A stretch of 64,000 bases of DNA from the human T2T-CHM13v2.0 reference genome, Homo sapiens. The DNA is taken from NCBI RefSeq assembly GCF_009914755.1, contig NC_060937.1; one strand, given 5' to 3'. Shown one piece after another: positions 25,856 to 39,620 of this stretch. The notes under the pieces are model-generated. The model was not told where the DNA came from. It worked only from the letters and a program-made list of their open reading frames with translations, and searched no databases. Made by a program: the position numbers and the translations under genes. Each line of letters opens with the position of its first letter. The stretch's first letter is position 1.

Positions 25856-27151
25856 TTTTCTCTCCTCCCATAAGTGAATTTCATGACACACTGAGGTGTA
25901 CATGACAGACTTTCTGAAAAGCAGCTATTTTTTTTTTTTTTTGAGAGGAAGAAGAGCAAACCAGCATTGGAAGGAAGAGAAAGGAATTTCTTGAAAGGCA
26001 GAAAAGCCACAGAAAAAAGAGCCCATAGTATGTGGAAGACATGACTGACCACTCACCACCAGATCTTCAGCAATCTAAGAAATGGGGCTGTATCTTGCAT
26101 GAACCTAAGGGAAGAAAAACTGGCTGGAATTTTGTATAACAGTTTTGTTTTATGAACCAGCACTACCTTACCCAACCATTTTACTGTAAGTTGTTTTCTT
26201 TCTTTTTCTTTTGGAGTTGGACTCCTTTTTATTAGGTGAGATGCTGAGATGTTCGGGGCCTGTGGCCCTGCTCCAGGTGCTAGGCTGGAAACGCATCATG
26301 TGTTCTGGCCAGAAGACTTCCTGAGGGGTTGAAGAAGGCTGCGGGGCAGAGATGCCAGGTTACTCTGGAAATCACTTGCCTACTAAATATAGTGGATGAT
26401 TATGCAGTTATTCCATTGATTTTTTCCTAATCACAGTTTACTGGAGGCCTTAACCTTTAGAATTCTTAACAGCGGGGGGCTGGAAAAGCTGTCCTGGTGT
26501 CCTGTCACAACAAACATCTTCGAATAGTAATTAAGGCAACGTATTGTTACCTTGGTTACACAGAACCATCCCCAGAGCGTGACTGCATGATGTCCAGAGC
26601 CAGGGGTGTCAGGAACTAACCCGACCTCAGGCGAGCTGAGGCAGGACATGAGTGGGCCCGGGAATCTGAAGGCTAAGGCTGGGCCTACTACTGATATAAG
26701 GGAGCATAGTTAGGGGCCCTATTAATTCTCCAGTTTCTTTGGAAGCTGAGAGCAACAAAAGTTAAGTCCAACATGAATGTTAACAGGATCTAGTGTTGGA
26801 AACAAAGGAAATGATGAACTTATATAATCATAGGATATAAGAAATCACACATAGGGCAGTTATAAGACATATATAGGACAGGACATCATAGAAATAAGCA
26901 TTATTAAGGGAGTGATAATACTGTAAGGAAGATATGATGGTCCGAGACATAGTTCTCTCTTGTTCCTCGGAATTTTGACTTTTGACAACACTTTGATTCT
27001 AGAGTCTGGGTCCAAATCGTTTAGTTTGATGAGGGTGCCTGGTGGCATGGGGAAGAAGTGCTGCAGCTGGAAGGATGATTTTGTTGATACTGACTCTCGT
27101 GGTTATCTTGGCTTTTGGTTTGCAGAGGGAGAAGCCTAGGGTCAAGATCAC

Positions 27152-27558
27152 TATATTAGTCCATTTTTGCATTGCTGGAAAGAAATACCTGAGACTGGGT
27201 AATTTATAAGAAAAGAGATTTAATTGGCTCACGGTTCTGCAGGCTGTACAGGAAGCGTGATGCTGGCATCTGCTCAGCTTCTGGAACGGCCTCAGGAAGC
27301 TTACAATCATGGTGGAAGGCAAAGGGGGAGTGGCTACAGCACTCATATGGTAAAAGTGGGAGCAAGAGAGGGGGAGGTGCCACACACTTTTAAATGGTCA
27401 GATCTCAGGAGAACTCACTATTGCAAAGACAGCACCAAGAGGATGGTGCTCAACCATTTATGAGAAATCCACTTACCTGCCACCAGGCCCCACCTGTAAC
27501 ATTGGAGATTACATTTCAACATGAGATTTGGGCAAGGACATACATCCAAACTAAATCA
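27152..27558 (-). mobile_element. MaLR solo LTR (MSTA-like)
   Basis: TATTAGTCCATTTTTGCATTGCT...AAATACCTGAGACTGGGTAATTTATAAGAAAAGAG...CAACATGAGATTTGGG. 5-bp TSD ATCAC (27147-27151 and 27559-27563). Confidence 0.92.
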
Positions 27559-30308
27559 ATCACATGAGTCAGTAGTAGATTCCAGAGGAACAAAAGGATA
27601 GAGAGATGCTGGCTGTCTAGAAAAAGCAGAAAGAAGTCCAAAAGGACTTCTGTCTCCAACCCCCAAAGTTTCGGGGGGAGAGCAGGATAATTTGAAAGGA
27701 GCTCAAAGCTGCTCTGAGGCTCCTCTGAAATCACCTAGTTTGCAATTTTTTAAATTTAACAAATATTTGTTGAGGTTGCAGGCACTATTTTGAGTTTGAA
27801 GGATGAGGAGTAGGGAAATAAATCAACATATTCTCTGACCATAGTTTAAACTTAATGACCAGTATAGTTGACGTAAACACAAAGAACACAAGGTGGTAAC
27901 GGGGAAGTCTGGCTTATTTGGAAGTTATCCAGCCTCATGTTCTCAACTTGGAGCACTGGGGTTGAGTCCTCCTTCTAAATTCCATTGTGGCCTATGGTCC
28001 ATGTTGGTGTGTTCACCCATGTCTCAGGCTGGGGACAGGTTGATAGAGAAACTGTTATGAAGCCTTATCTTCCCTGCTTAGTGTGGGAAATTCTACCCAG
28101 GTCTGGGGGACTTTAATGTTTATAACAACTTACTGTTTTGCAAAACTTGTATTTCACTTCAGAGAGGCTATCCCTACGTACTCCTAGTCATTAGGTTTCC
28201 CAAAGCTTTACATCATGGCACTGATTTTTGGCCATAGTACCTGAAAAAATGAACTCATCCACATCTTTATTCTTGTTCCTTTGGGGAAAGAGAACTAGAA
28301 AAGTGCAGAAGGGCCATCGGAAGCCCAGCTGCCCATTTAGTCCTTCTTCGTGTTTGCTTTTGAGGAAAGGCAGCCAGTCCAGATAATTAGAGTCAGAATT
28401 CTGATGAAGGATTTGTTCAAAGTTCAGTCACAGTCTGGGATGGAGAACTCTGCATGCCCACTTCCCTTGTTAATAGCTTTGCTGACCTTCTCCAAAGAAA
28501 AAGTCATTAGAATGTTGAGTTATGATCTGTTTCTTGTAAAATCTCGCCAGTCACCCATTTATAGCTCTGTATTTCAACCAATTCTAATTACCTTTTAGAA
28601 TATACTTCTCCCAGCCCTTGAAGAATATTGTAAACCCTGAACCATGCAATCAAGCATACTTCTTGGTTAGAAAGCTGATTGTGACCTAATATACACACAA
28701 ATCTCCACAAACACCCCCTCCCGTTTCCCAAGAGCCACATAATCATCTATAGGGCTCTCCAGGGCTCCAGAGAGCTGGTGTCATTTGGTTACTTAATGTT
28801 GGAAGAGGACATTTCATGGAGAATGTTTTGTGTCAGAAAACTAATGAGGAAGAGCAAAACACTCTGGTGTCTCTTGCTATCATTTTCTGTATCTCCCTGG
28901 GGAAGCCCTCTCCTTCCTTCCCTTTACTAAGCATTGTCTGAAGTTAGTGTCCATCTTCTTCCTCCACCTCTGGAGAGTGAGGTGAATCAGATCAGAGTCC
29001 ATGGCGGAACTTGAATTATGGGGTTCTTGCATCAGTCTTGCTTTGTTCCTACAAAATAGTCACAGACTTAAAAAGCTATCTCTGTTGCCTTATAAAGTCA
29101 AGAGCTCCTTGGTACATCTTGAACTTGGCTGTGTCTAGTGGATTTCTCTCTACTAACCCTCTGCTATATATTAGTCTCTATCATTTGAGACAATTCAAAT
29201 GACTCAAAGATTTTTGGAGGTCTCTGTATTTTTTAAGAAATGCTTTGAATAGGATTAAAATCACTAGCACTGCTGAGAGGAAACATTTTTATAGACTTTC
29301 TAAATCTCTCCACTGCTGAGAAGAATTAAAAAAAAAAGCAGCAGCATTTCTCTTGTCTCTTTATTTCTAATCACTTTTTCCTTCTAACGGGACTGGAGCA
29401 CCATGAGAAATGTCGGTCTTTTACGGCAAGGACTCATTTGCCCATAACGAACACTGAGTACAAAAGCAAATTAAAAAAAAACAACCCTATGCTTAGAGAG
29501 ACCATTAGGAACGATTTGACATTTATTGAACAACAGATGGCGATTAAAAACATAAAAGCTAGATTGCCTTGCTAGAAACAAAGGGTAGTTCTACTGAAGA
29601 AGTCTAACGTTTCAATTAAAACACCTCTCAGTGTCAATTAAATCATATGAAGATAAGCCTGAAAATGGTTTCTAGCTGCACTATAATCAATAGTGCAGTT
29701 AAAATCCCCATCAAGAAGCACCCAAGTTTTTAGTTTGACAGTTTGCTAAAAGATTAGCCAGAGCTTCAAGAAACCATTTCCTTCAGTGTAGGGTTCAAAA
29801 GGTAAACATTTAACCAGGAGTGCTTCATATGTATTAAACAGATTTATTTCCATGATGAGAAGAAAGCCTCACTGGCTTTGCTTTGTTTCAAATCTCATCT
29901 GCTTTTCAGTATGGATTAGGCATTAGTGAGGGGTGGAAAAATAACCCCATTATTTCCACAACAAGGATCTTGTTTTAATGATGCTTATATTCTTTTGGGA
30001 AGCAGTGAGTTAGAGTGGAGAGACAGAGGTGATTTGGTAGTGAGACAGACCTTGAGTTGAATCGCAGCCTGGTCACTTTTAGCTAGTGTGTTGAATGATC
30101 AGAATCTGTTTTCTCATTTGTAAAATTTCCATACAATATTACCTTTCTTGGGTTGCCTGGTACATTCTAGGGACTCAGTGAATGAGCCCCTATCTTTAGC
30201 TCTCAATTGGCTGAACCTTGTGACACAATCTATTTTGGCAGATCTTACCAAAACTGAGCTCAGTGGATACCAGTTCTGCTACATGTTTTATGCCAAACGG
30301 TTACTGTG

Positions 30309-30770
30309 TGTTTTGGGTTGAAATGTGTCCCTTCCAAATTCATATGTTGAAATCCTAATGCCTAGTACGTCAGAATGTGATTTTCTTTGGAAATAGGGTT
30401 GTTGCAGGTGCAATTAGTCCAGTTAAGATGAGGTCATACTGGAGTAGAGAAGGCCCCTAATCCAGTATAAGTGGTGTCCTTATTATAAAGGAAATGTGGA
30501 GATAGACACCCACACAGGGAGAACACCATATGGACATGAGGCAGAGATCGGGGGAATCTACAAGCCAAAGAAGGCCAAAGATTGCCAGCAAACCCCCAGA
30601 AGCTGGGGAAGGCAGGAAAACAGATTCTCCCTTACAGTCAGAAGGAACCAACCCTCCTGACACCTTGATCTTGGTCTTCCAGCCTCCAAAGCTGGGAGAC
30701 AATAAATTTCTATTGTTTAAACCACCCTGTTTGTGGTGCTTTGTTACAGTGGTCCTAGCAAACTAATACA
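30309..30770 (+). mobile_element. MaLR solo LTR (MLT1C-like)
   Basis: TGTTTTGGGTTGAAATGTGTCCC...GTTAAGATGAGGTCATACTGGAGTAG...AATAAATTTCTATTGTTTAAACCACCC...AGCAAACTAATACA. Confidence 0.88.
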
Positions 30771-30895
30771 TGATGTCAAGTACATTTGGTAAAAACTGGT
30801 ACAGCACCCTGCTTTTGAAGATTCTTAATGGAACACTTTACCAAACTCAAGTCTCTGAGATATCATACTAATAAGAATTATCTCCATCTTTATTC

Positions 30896-30975
30896 AGTGT
30901 TTCCCAAACATTTGATCATGGAAGACTTTCCTCCCCTGAATAAATACCGATTTGCTTACTTTGGGAAAAAATACT
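30896..30975. mobile_element. Short hAT-Charlie-type MITE remnant
   Basis: Terminal inverted repeat-like ends CAGTGTTTCCCAAA ... TTTGGGAAAAATACT. Confidence 0.45.
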
Positions 30976-31799
30976 CTGAAACATTTTGCCTTTAAGCCTA
31001 CCTCCACCTCAGCCCCCCAGGCTTCTGCTTCAGCTCTGGCTCTCTGGCCAGCTGCAACGCCACTTAACCATGTGCTCAGCACCATTGCAGAGTGAATGGT
31101 GATCCTTGTCCTTTGCTCACTTTGTCGACAACCTTCCCTGGTGCATTTTCTCCCTTTCCCCACTTCTGCTGTCCAGGTGTGAGGTGTTGCTTGAGAAAGC
31201 CATGAAACCCAGTCAAGTTCCATGGTAGTCCAATGCAGTGCTTTTTGAGCTGAGTCTCCACTGCTGCAGCTGCTGCTGAGTCCTTATATTTTTGTGTTTC
31301 TCTATTCATCATTTGGCGTGTGGCCTACTGTGAGCCAGTTCTCTTGCTAGTGATTGGGAAGGTAGGTGAGGAGCAACAGGCACCGAGGCATCCCTTCTCT
31401 CAACTGTTGATGGCATTGCAGAGGAGATAACCTAATAGTGTGAGAGAAAAGCCTTAACAAAAATACCTTCATGTTGAAACAGAAAGGGGAATAAAGGGCG
31501 AACAAGAGTATGCTAGCCAGACAAAGGTAGAAGATTGTATTTCAGGCAGAAGAAATAGCACGTGTATTCAGGATATTTCAAGTCCTGGTCAGATGTTAGG
31601 TTGCAAGTTTGGGGAGAATAGGATATGAAGCTAGGAAGGAGACAGGGATATAAGCACTACAGGCTAAAGTACTTGCCATTTATCTGGGAGGGAATGGGGA
31701 GTCATTGATCACTGCACAGAGATGAGATTTTCATTTATGAAAGGTCATGATGGGATTGTAAATGATATTAATTCTCCTTGTCATTTTTGGTGCGTTCAA

Positions 31800-33005
31800 A
31801 ATTGTCATTCAACTTTCGTTTTTGAAAATGTTATATAAATGTTGTGTAATTATATTTTTATTAAAAAGATTAAAAAATTTAGAAATATATGGAGAAATTT
31901 TGAGCTTTTCTTATTACTCTCCCCATCAACTTACATCCCCTCCCAATAGGTATGCTTTATTGTTCAGTCCCTCATTGATCTTTCTATGCATCTGTGGGTA
32001 TGTATACATGGACACACACATATACATGCTTGCATATACACACACATATACACACATTTGTATACACACATTGTGATTCAAATTTGTTAATTAAAAAACA
32101 CAAATACAATCATGCTGTGTCTGTCTTTGGTGATATTTTTCACAATAACAATGTTCTGGAAGCCTTTCACATACGGGTATCTTATTCTTTATAACGGTTT
32201 CATAGTATTCCATAGAATGGATGAAACAGTTTATTTTAGCCACTCCCTCTTTAAATAAAAGTGTTTTTATAAGAATTACTTCAAAGATATTTTGTCTATA
32301 CATTTTTGTGCCCATACACAAATATTTCTTTAAGATTTCTAGAAGTATATTTTTTGATCAAAGAGTATAGCATTTAAAATCTTGAAAATGTAGTAAAAAA
32401 TGACTTCTAAAATAGATTCAGTTATGTACTCTTGTACTTGTTTTTCAAAGAATGAAATTATCAATATTTTAAATTTCTTTGAATTTGTTGGGCTTAAATT
32501 TTAAAAATATTCTTTTTCCTTATTTTAAATGAGGTTGAGAATCTTTCCTGTGAACGTTGCCTATTTTTATTTATTATTGTAAATTGCCAGTTCTTATCGC
32601 TTCTCTATTTTTAAAATTGAGACTTTCATATTTATCTCATTAACTTGTAGAAGTTTGTTATATAATTTGAATGGTAAATACTCTGTCATTTTAATAATTA
32701 ATACTTAATAATTTCTTTCAATATGACACTTTTCTTCTGACTTTATTTTGACTTTTACTATTAGGAAATTTAAAATTTATATAAAGTAAATCTGACAGTT
32801 TCTTTTATGATTTCTAGGTATTGCCTCCTGCTTAAGAAAGAATTTCCTAGACTAGAATAATTTCAAAATTATATATTTTTTATTGCTTTTATAGTTTCTA
32901 GAACATAAAAGAGTTTGTTTTTGCACATAGTGTGATCTTGGAAACTAAGTTTTTTTCCCAAAAGCCTAAATAATGTCCCAACACTATTTATTGAATAATA
33001 AACTC
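31800..33005 (-). mobile_element. Old L1ME-type fragment, flanked by L2(-) pieces at ~31300-31760 and ~33030-33345
   Basis: TCATAGTATTCCATAGAATGGATG...GAGGTTGAGAATCTTTC...GTCCCAACACTATTTATTGAATAAT is antisense L1 ORF2/3' sequence. Confidence 0.65.
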
Positions 33006-33805
33006 TTATAACGAGAAAAATATATTTCAAAGAGATATCTCAATTTAGTGTCACCGTACAAACTGGACTGGAAGGGATCGAGGAAAACAGTTGGGAGATG
33101 GACAGGAATGCTATCTTCCTTGTTAAAGCACACTCCAGGATTTGTTACTAAAAAGAAAGCTTTCAGGTCAGAAAGCTAACAGCCTAAACTAAGGAACTGG
33201 CTTTGGCAGCCGTAAAGGTGACTTAGAAAAGAGGCTATAAAATTGAAAGAGCTTGAGGAATAGAATAAATAAGAGTTTGTAACTGATTGAGAGACAGGGA
33301 GGAATCTTGTGTGATTCTGAGGTTTCCAACATTGGTAATAAGTACTAAGGAATTTCCTGGAAAAGAGAGTAGATTGAACACACTGAAATATGCTTCCCAA
33401 CCTAAATTCATAGAAATGCTAGGCAAGACAGTTAAAAAAATTTAAAAAGTCACACCTCAAAGCAAGAAGGGAGTTCTCCAATGCTAAAAACAAAAGGGGA
33501 ACCCAAAGTAATGAGTAGGAGACAAAGTCAACTTGCTCAAGGGAGGCCTGAAGTCAACACAGGCATTAGCAGCTATGTTTTCAACATTACTGTGGGGACA
33601 AAGTTAAATTTATAAGCTCTGGGTCAGGGTAGACTCAGAAACTGGATTCCTTGTATGAGGCTTTGGGCTAGAAATGTGTTTCCCCTCTCCCCCCTTTTTT
33701 TACAGGGAGGAAAAAAAAAAACCATTGTCCACTAGACAGAGGTTATAGCCTGAAGCAAGCTTCTGCCTCAGACAAGGGTTGGAAATAATCTTACCATGGC
33801 TGGGT

Positions 33806-33859
33806 CTCAGTTCCAGGACTGTGCCTCAGTTCCAGGACTGCACCTCAGTTCCAGGACTG
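33806..33859. repeat. Three tandem copies of a 19-bp unit
   Basis: CTCAGTTCCAGGACTG is identical at 33806, 33825 and 33844, separated by TGC and CAC. Confidence 0.95.
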
Positions 33860-34247
33860 CCTTGCACAGGTTTAGGGCCCAAATGTGTGCTGCCTGTGTG
33901 ACACAAGAACTCTGAGGCCATGAACTAACTTAAAAACTGGTCTGGGGCTGGTTAAGCTCATAGTGCTTTGGCAGAGCAACTGTAAAATTGGCCAATTGGA
34001 AGACTAAGAAGTAGAAAAATTAGAGCTAGATAGATACATACATGAATTCCACATCTAGACACTTAATAGTGCAAGTGCAGAATAGCAGTTATAATGAGAA
34101 ATCCTAAAAGCCAACAAAGAGAAAAATAAAGAGGGTAACTGTAATCTCACAGTAGGAGTGGCAGCATACTTCTCTGCAGCAGCAATGGTTGTCCTAAGGT
34201 AGTGGGTATATTTTCAAAGTTACCAGGGCAAATATTTGGATTGCTAG

Positions 34248-34616
<369 letters not shown>

Positions 34617-35105
34617 TAAGACTGAGGATGTTTTGCACTTCTTGGAAATGTATCATGTGCTTGTTTTACTGATTTGAAACATTAAATAGAAGAATGAAGG
34701 TAAGATAAAAATATTTTAGGCCTACTAGAACGTAGAAAATTTACTGCTCATAGTAATATTAATGGATTGCTGTCATCAAAACAATTACTAAATGATAAAC
34801 TTTAGTTTGAATAAAAAAGTATTCTGAAGGAAGAAGTGAGATGCAAGAAGCAAAGGGAATAAATGGTGGTAAATCTAAACAGACATTAAAATCAATGAGA
34901 ATAATAGCAATATTGCTCATAATATGCTTCAAACAGGAAGAAATCAAAATATCAAAACAAACAAACAAACAAAAAACCCACCATAGCACAATAACAGAAG
35001 AGTTAGTTGAGGGATTTCTGAGGAGAGTTTATGCAGAAGTCCTAATTTAGTTTGGAAGAAAGACAGTTATATGTACTAACTGACCCTCTGAGAGAAAATA
35101 CTCAA

Positions 35106-35108
<3 letters not shown>

Positions 35109-35204
<96 letters not shown>

Positions 35205-35274
35205 TATATGTATATATATGTATATATGTGTGTGTGTGTGTATGTGTGTGTATACACATATATACATATATATG
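35109..35274. repeat. Compound microsatellite (TC)20(TA)19(CA)9...(TG)n
   Basis: Read directly: TC 35109-35148, TA 35149-35186, CA 35187-35204, then mixed TA/TG to 35274. Confidence 0.97.
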
Positions 35275-35449
35275 AAAAATTAGGTATTATTGTTGAAGAA
35301 ACAAATACAGACCCTTTAACTTTAAATGGGTGAAGGAAAATAAAGAATATGAAGAAAATGTGATTGATTAACAGAAACCAGGAGAAGGGAATAAATGAAG
35401 CATAGCAAATAGAAAACACCAGCTATAATGGCAGAAATGAGTTCTAACA

Positions 35450-35923
35450 GTGTGAACAATGAGGCCGACTCTACATACTGACATTGGTTCTATCGTGTAT
35501 GATGAATCCAGGCCAAGCAGACAATGACATAGTCCTGGAGATTCTGCTGTGTGGGGAGGAGGAGAAGGAGGGAGATAAATGTGTCCTAAATTGGTCTAAT
35601 TCGACTGAAGGGAACAATTTATCCTGCCTGGTTAAGGGAGAGGTTTTTTTCTTCCTCCTGCTAGATGCATGTAGCTCCTTTGGCTCTACCAGCCTCCTTG
35701 CAGCCATGAGGGTACCTAGCCTTGGGTGAAGCTGAGAGAGGCAAAATAGAGAAGAGGAAACTCCTAGGTTCTTGAGGGCATCACTGAGTCATTGATCATG
35801 TTGCACCTGGAACCCGTCCTATCCCTGGACTTCTGGTTATGAAGATAATGCATTTCCTTATTGTTAAAGTGGTATCAGTTGAGATTGTTTATTGCCCGAA
35901 GCTGAAACATTCTAATTGTTGCA
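35450..35923 (+). mobile_element. MaLR LTR (MLT1J/K-like)
   Basis: CTTGCAGCCATGAGGG...CCCTGGACTTCTGGTTATGAAGATAATGCATTTCCTTATTGTTAAAG...GCTGAAACATTCTAA. Confidence 0.7.
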
Positions 35924-38900
35924 TCAGGTATTTTAGCAATCAAAACAAAAACAGAGATTAAGCTCACTTATTAAAAGGCAGAATCTTAGGGGTTAAAAAA
36001 CAAACAAATAACCAACCAAACAACAACAAAAATCCCAAGTGGCAATTTACCAATGTGTGAATGTATGGTTTAGAAGAAATGTCTCTGAAATAAAAGAATA
36101 TGGAAAGATTAAAATTAAGCTGAGGAAAAAGATATACCAGGCAATTATGAACCAAAAAGAAAGCTAGCATAGCAATATAAATGTCAGACCAAATAGAATT
36201 TAAGATGAATAAACTTAGGGAATACACACAGAAAAATTTTATACAAATACAAGGAACAATCCACAAAGAACATGAACCTAAGTATATTGCCCCAAATTAA
36301 AGCAAAACTGAAAATTGCATGGAGAAATTGACAAACTGTAATAAAATGAAAATAATATAGAACAAAATGCCATTTACAGCATTAAAAACTGAAACATACC
36401 CAAGAAAAAAACCATAATAAAAATGTGTAAGGTCTTAATGGAGAAAATTATCAAATATTACTGATGGACTTAAAAGAAAATGTGAATAAATTAGAGATAT
36501 ATAATATTCATGGATGGGAAGACTGGACATTAAAGATGAAAAATTTCCCCAAAGTTTGTTTATAAATGCAACTCATTCCCAATCCCCATCAAAATCTCAG
36601 TAGAATATTTTGTGTATCTTGCAAAGTGTTCTTAAAATTCATATGGATAAAAAAGGATGCAAGATAAGCCAAGACAATTTAGAAAAAGAAGAACAATAAG
36701 GGGGTATCCACTTTGCCAGGCAGTTACTACAAAGTTATTACATTGCAAACAACATGTGGCTGGTAGAGAAATTTATAGGTAAATCAGTAGAATAGCATAG
36801 AGACCCCAGAAACTGACTTAGGCATGGAACTTGGCTTGTTACTGAAATGACATCAAAATCAGTGGGGGGAAAGATATCCTCTAAAATATATGCTGTTGAA
36901 ACAAATTACTTTCTGCAAGTAAAACAAATGGAAAGTAGATTTTTACTTCACACCATACACAAGTTTCAGACAAAAATGTGAAAAATGAAACTCTAAAACT
37001 ACTAGGGAAAATATGTTTAAAAAATAGGAAAAATGTGAACTTGAGATAAGGAATTCTTTAAAATGATGAAAAAGCACAATTAATTAAGTAAATGATAGAT
37101 AAATTTGATTCCATTAAGAAAAGATATTCCATAAACAAGGATTAAAAACAAGCTATGAACTAGAAGATATTTTCTGCTTACATGATAATCAGTATCTAGA
37201 ATAAAATAAATCCCTACAAATGGTTAAAAAAAGACAAATAGAAAAGAGAAAAAATTTCAAAAGATATAGAAGACAAATCCTAGTAGAAATATGAATGAAC
37301 AATAAATATAAGAAATGCAAAAAAAATTATTTATTTCACTAGTCATCCAGAAAATGCCAGCTAAAATGGAACAACATTTTCCTTTCTGTTTGTTAAAAAA
37401 TAAAGTACAACAATGTCCACTATTAGTGTGCATGTGGAAGAAGATATGTAATAAGCCATTGAAACAAAAAAATACTGTTCATTCAAACTGCTACTTTATT
37501 ATTATTTCCTTTTTCTTGTTTTGTTCACCCCTGTGTACTGGCTCTGGCACCAGATATAGCCCATGAGCAGAGCCTATGAGGTGATTTTTTAATGAATGAA
37601 TGAATGAATCCTTCCAAAGAAACCAGGTATCATCTCTCCCTCCTTAACACCTTATCTCATTTTGTTTGTATCTTTTTATGGGCCCTCCCTTATTTTGCCT
37701 TCACTGGAGTCATTTGTTAATGTGTCTACTTGTCTTTCTGTACTCTCCATTCTCGTTATTCTAAAATTTTTGAAGGCTGAGACTATTTTATATCTGACTT
37801 CCCCATAACTCAAAGCATGCTACCTTGGATATAAAGGGTGCTCAATAAGTACTTGTTAATTGTAATTCAATTCAAGTAAAAATTATGTAATCTTCACTAG
37901 AAAAATGTGCTGGCCATGAGACCATTGTTTACCAGTGAACCTGCTAGAACTTTCATGTATCAATTTATTTGACTTTGCTGCCTATGAATAAAAAAGATAT
38001 TTTACACTGTCATATATTTTAAACTTTGGAGGAGAAAAAGCGTCATTGGATTATGTACTTACTTTAGGAAAAATTGTGCTAAGAGTAAATGGGAATTAAG
38101 GTCACAATCCATACTCCTGAAAATGTACTAGAATTTCCTTAAAATTGGATTTGCCTTTCCTCCAACCACCGACGGTCTCTTTGCTTTTTGATTACTAAAG
38201 ACAACAGGATCAAGGAGTGACTTTGGGGCTCCTGGAAGTGAGTTTTGATTTAATTATGTCTCACTGTATAAACTGCAAATTGATTCACACTGGTAGGAAG
38301 AGGGAGGCAGGAAAACAGTAATTCTGTTCCATTTTCTCTGCCCTTTTCTTCCTCACATCTCTACCTTCATCTCTGCCTAAACACTGCCTCTCCTTTCCAC
38401 CCAGCTTTTCGTACTGCTTTTCGCCCTTCTCAGACTGTTCGATTATAACGTAGTGCCATTTATTGAAAGTCTCTGTCTTAAGCCTATATCTGTTTTGGCT
38501 TTTCCTTATCTGCACACAATTTATCTTTCTCAGGGATGAGGAAAGAGGACACTTGGTGTAGTAAAGACACATATACTATAAAATACCTCAGAAAAAAGCT
38601 ATCGCTATTCAATGAGTGTACTCTGGTGGTTTAGGAAATAAAATACTCACCTAGACAAGGGGAAAATTTAGCAATCCAGGATGCCTGGGCATCACTGGGC
38701 AGAAATAATTGCTAATTAGCATCCTACTAGCTTGGGAACATTAATTGGTTTCGGGGGATCTGCTTTCTACACTCAAAGTGTATTTTGCTCATTTTAGTTT
38801 GCTATATGGGATGAGAGAAGAATGACAATTACTAAAATAGTTTCATCTCAGTAATTCAATCTAATGAAGACTTGTCATTTGAATGATTATTCAGTAGCTG

Positions 38901-39562
38901 GTTCTCATTTTTCTGCCAAGTTTTCAGAAAAACAAACTCAGATATTCCTCATTTCTGAAAAAGCACAACTTTCTTTTAAAATAATTGAGAGGGTTTTATT
39001 CACAGATACAGGAATGCTCACAGAAGAACTGTCATCCTATATGACTATGTAAGCAGAGAGAAAAGGAAAGACGATATTTTTTGAAACATTTAATTTTTAT
39101 TTCAGAACACACCAAGCAATAATATAAAATAAAGTGCTTCAAATTGCTGTCTTTAATTTTCTCCTAGAAAGAAAATTTGTCATCTATTTTATGATTTATT
39201 GAAGCTAAAGGCATATGTGAGAACAAGTTTTATGATTAATTAAATAAAATTACTTGTGCATAATACTCGTAGTGATATTATCTTTGAGTTAAAATTCACT
39301 TGAATAAGATAGATGACATTTTCAATCAGCAGATTAATTAAACTCTTTTGTTAATTACACATAAGTCAATATGTTTGGATTATATATCAATCAATATACT
39401 GAAGCAACATCCACTTACTTTGCTCTGGAAAACTGCTTTGCTGATATTTTTCCAGTAGCTTTATTTTAGAAGTTGGGTTTCTTTTATTTTCTTTGTATTT
39501 TATTTCTTTGTATCAGGGGTCTCAATAGTTGGCCGATTTAGATGTGAAAATAATTATTGCAA

Positions 39563-39620
39563 ATATATATATATATATATATATAGTGTGTGTGTGTGTG
39601 TGTGTGTGTGTATACACACA
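39563..39620. repeat. (AT)n(GT)n microsatellite
   Basis: ATATATATATATATATATATATA followed by GTGTGTGTGTGTGTGTGTGTGTGTG and TATACACACA. Confidence 0.95.

Noticed and set aside
29676-29698. 9-bp hairpin CTGCACTAT-AATCA-ATAGTGCAG
   Set aside because: A few 9-bp short-loop stems are expected by chance in this window.
33806-33859. CRISPR-like repeat-spacer pattern
   Set aside because: The spacers are only 3 nt, the context is eukaryotic and there are no cas genes; it is a simple tandem repeat.
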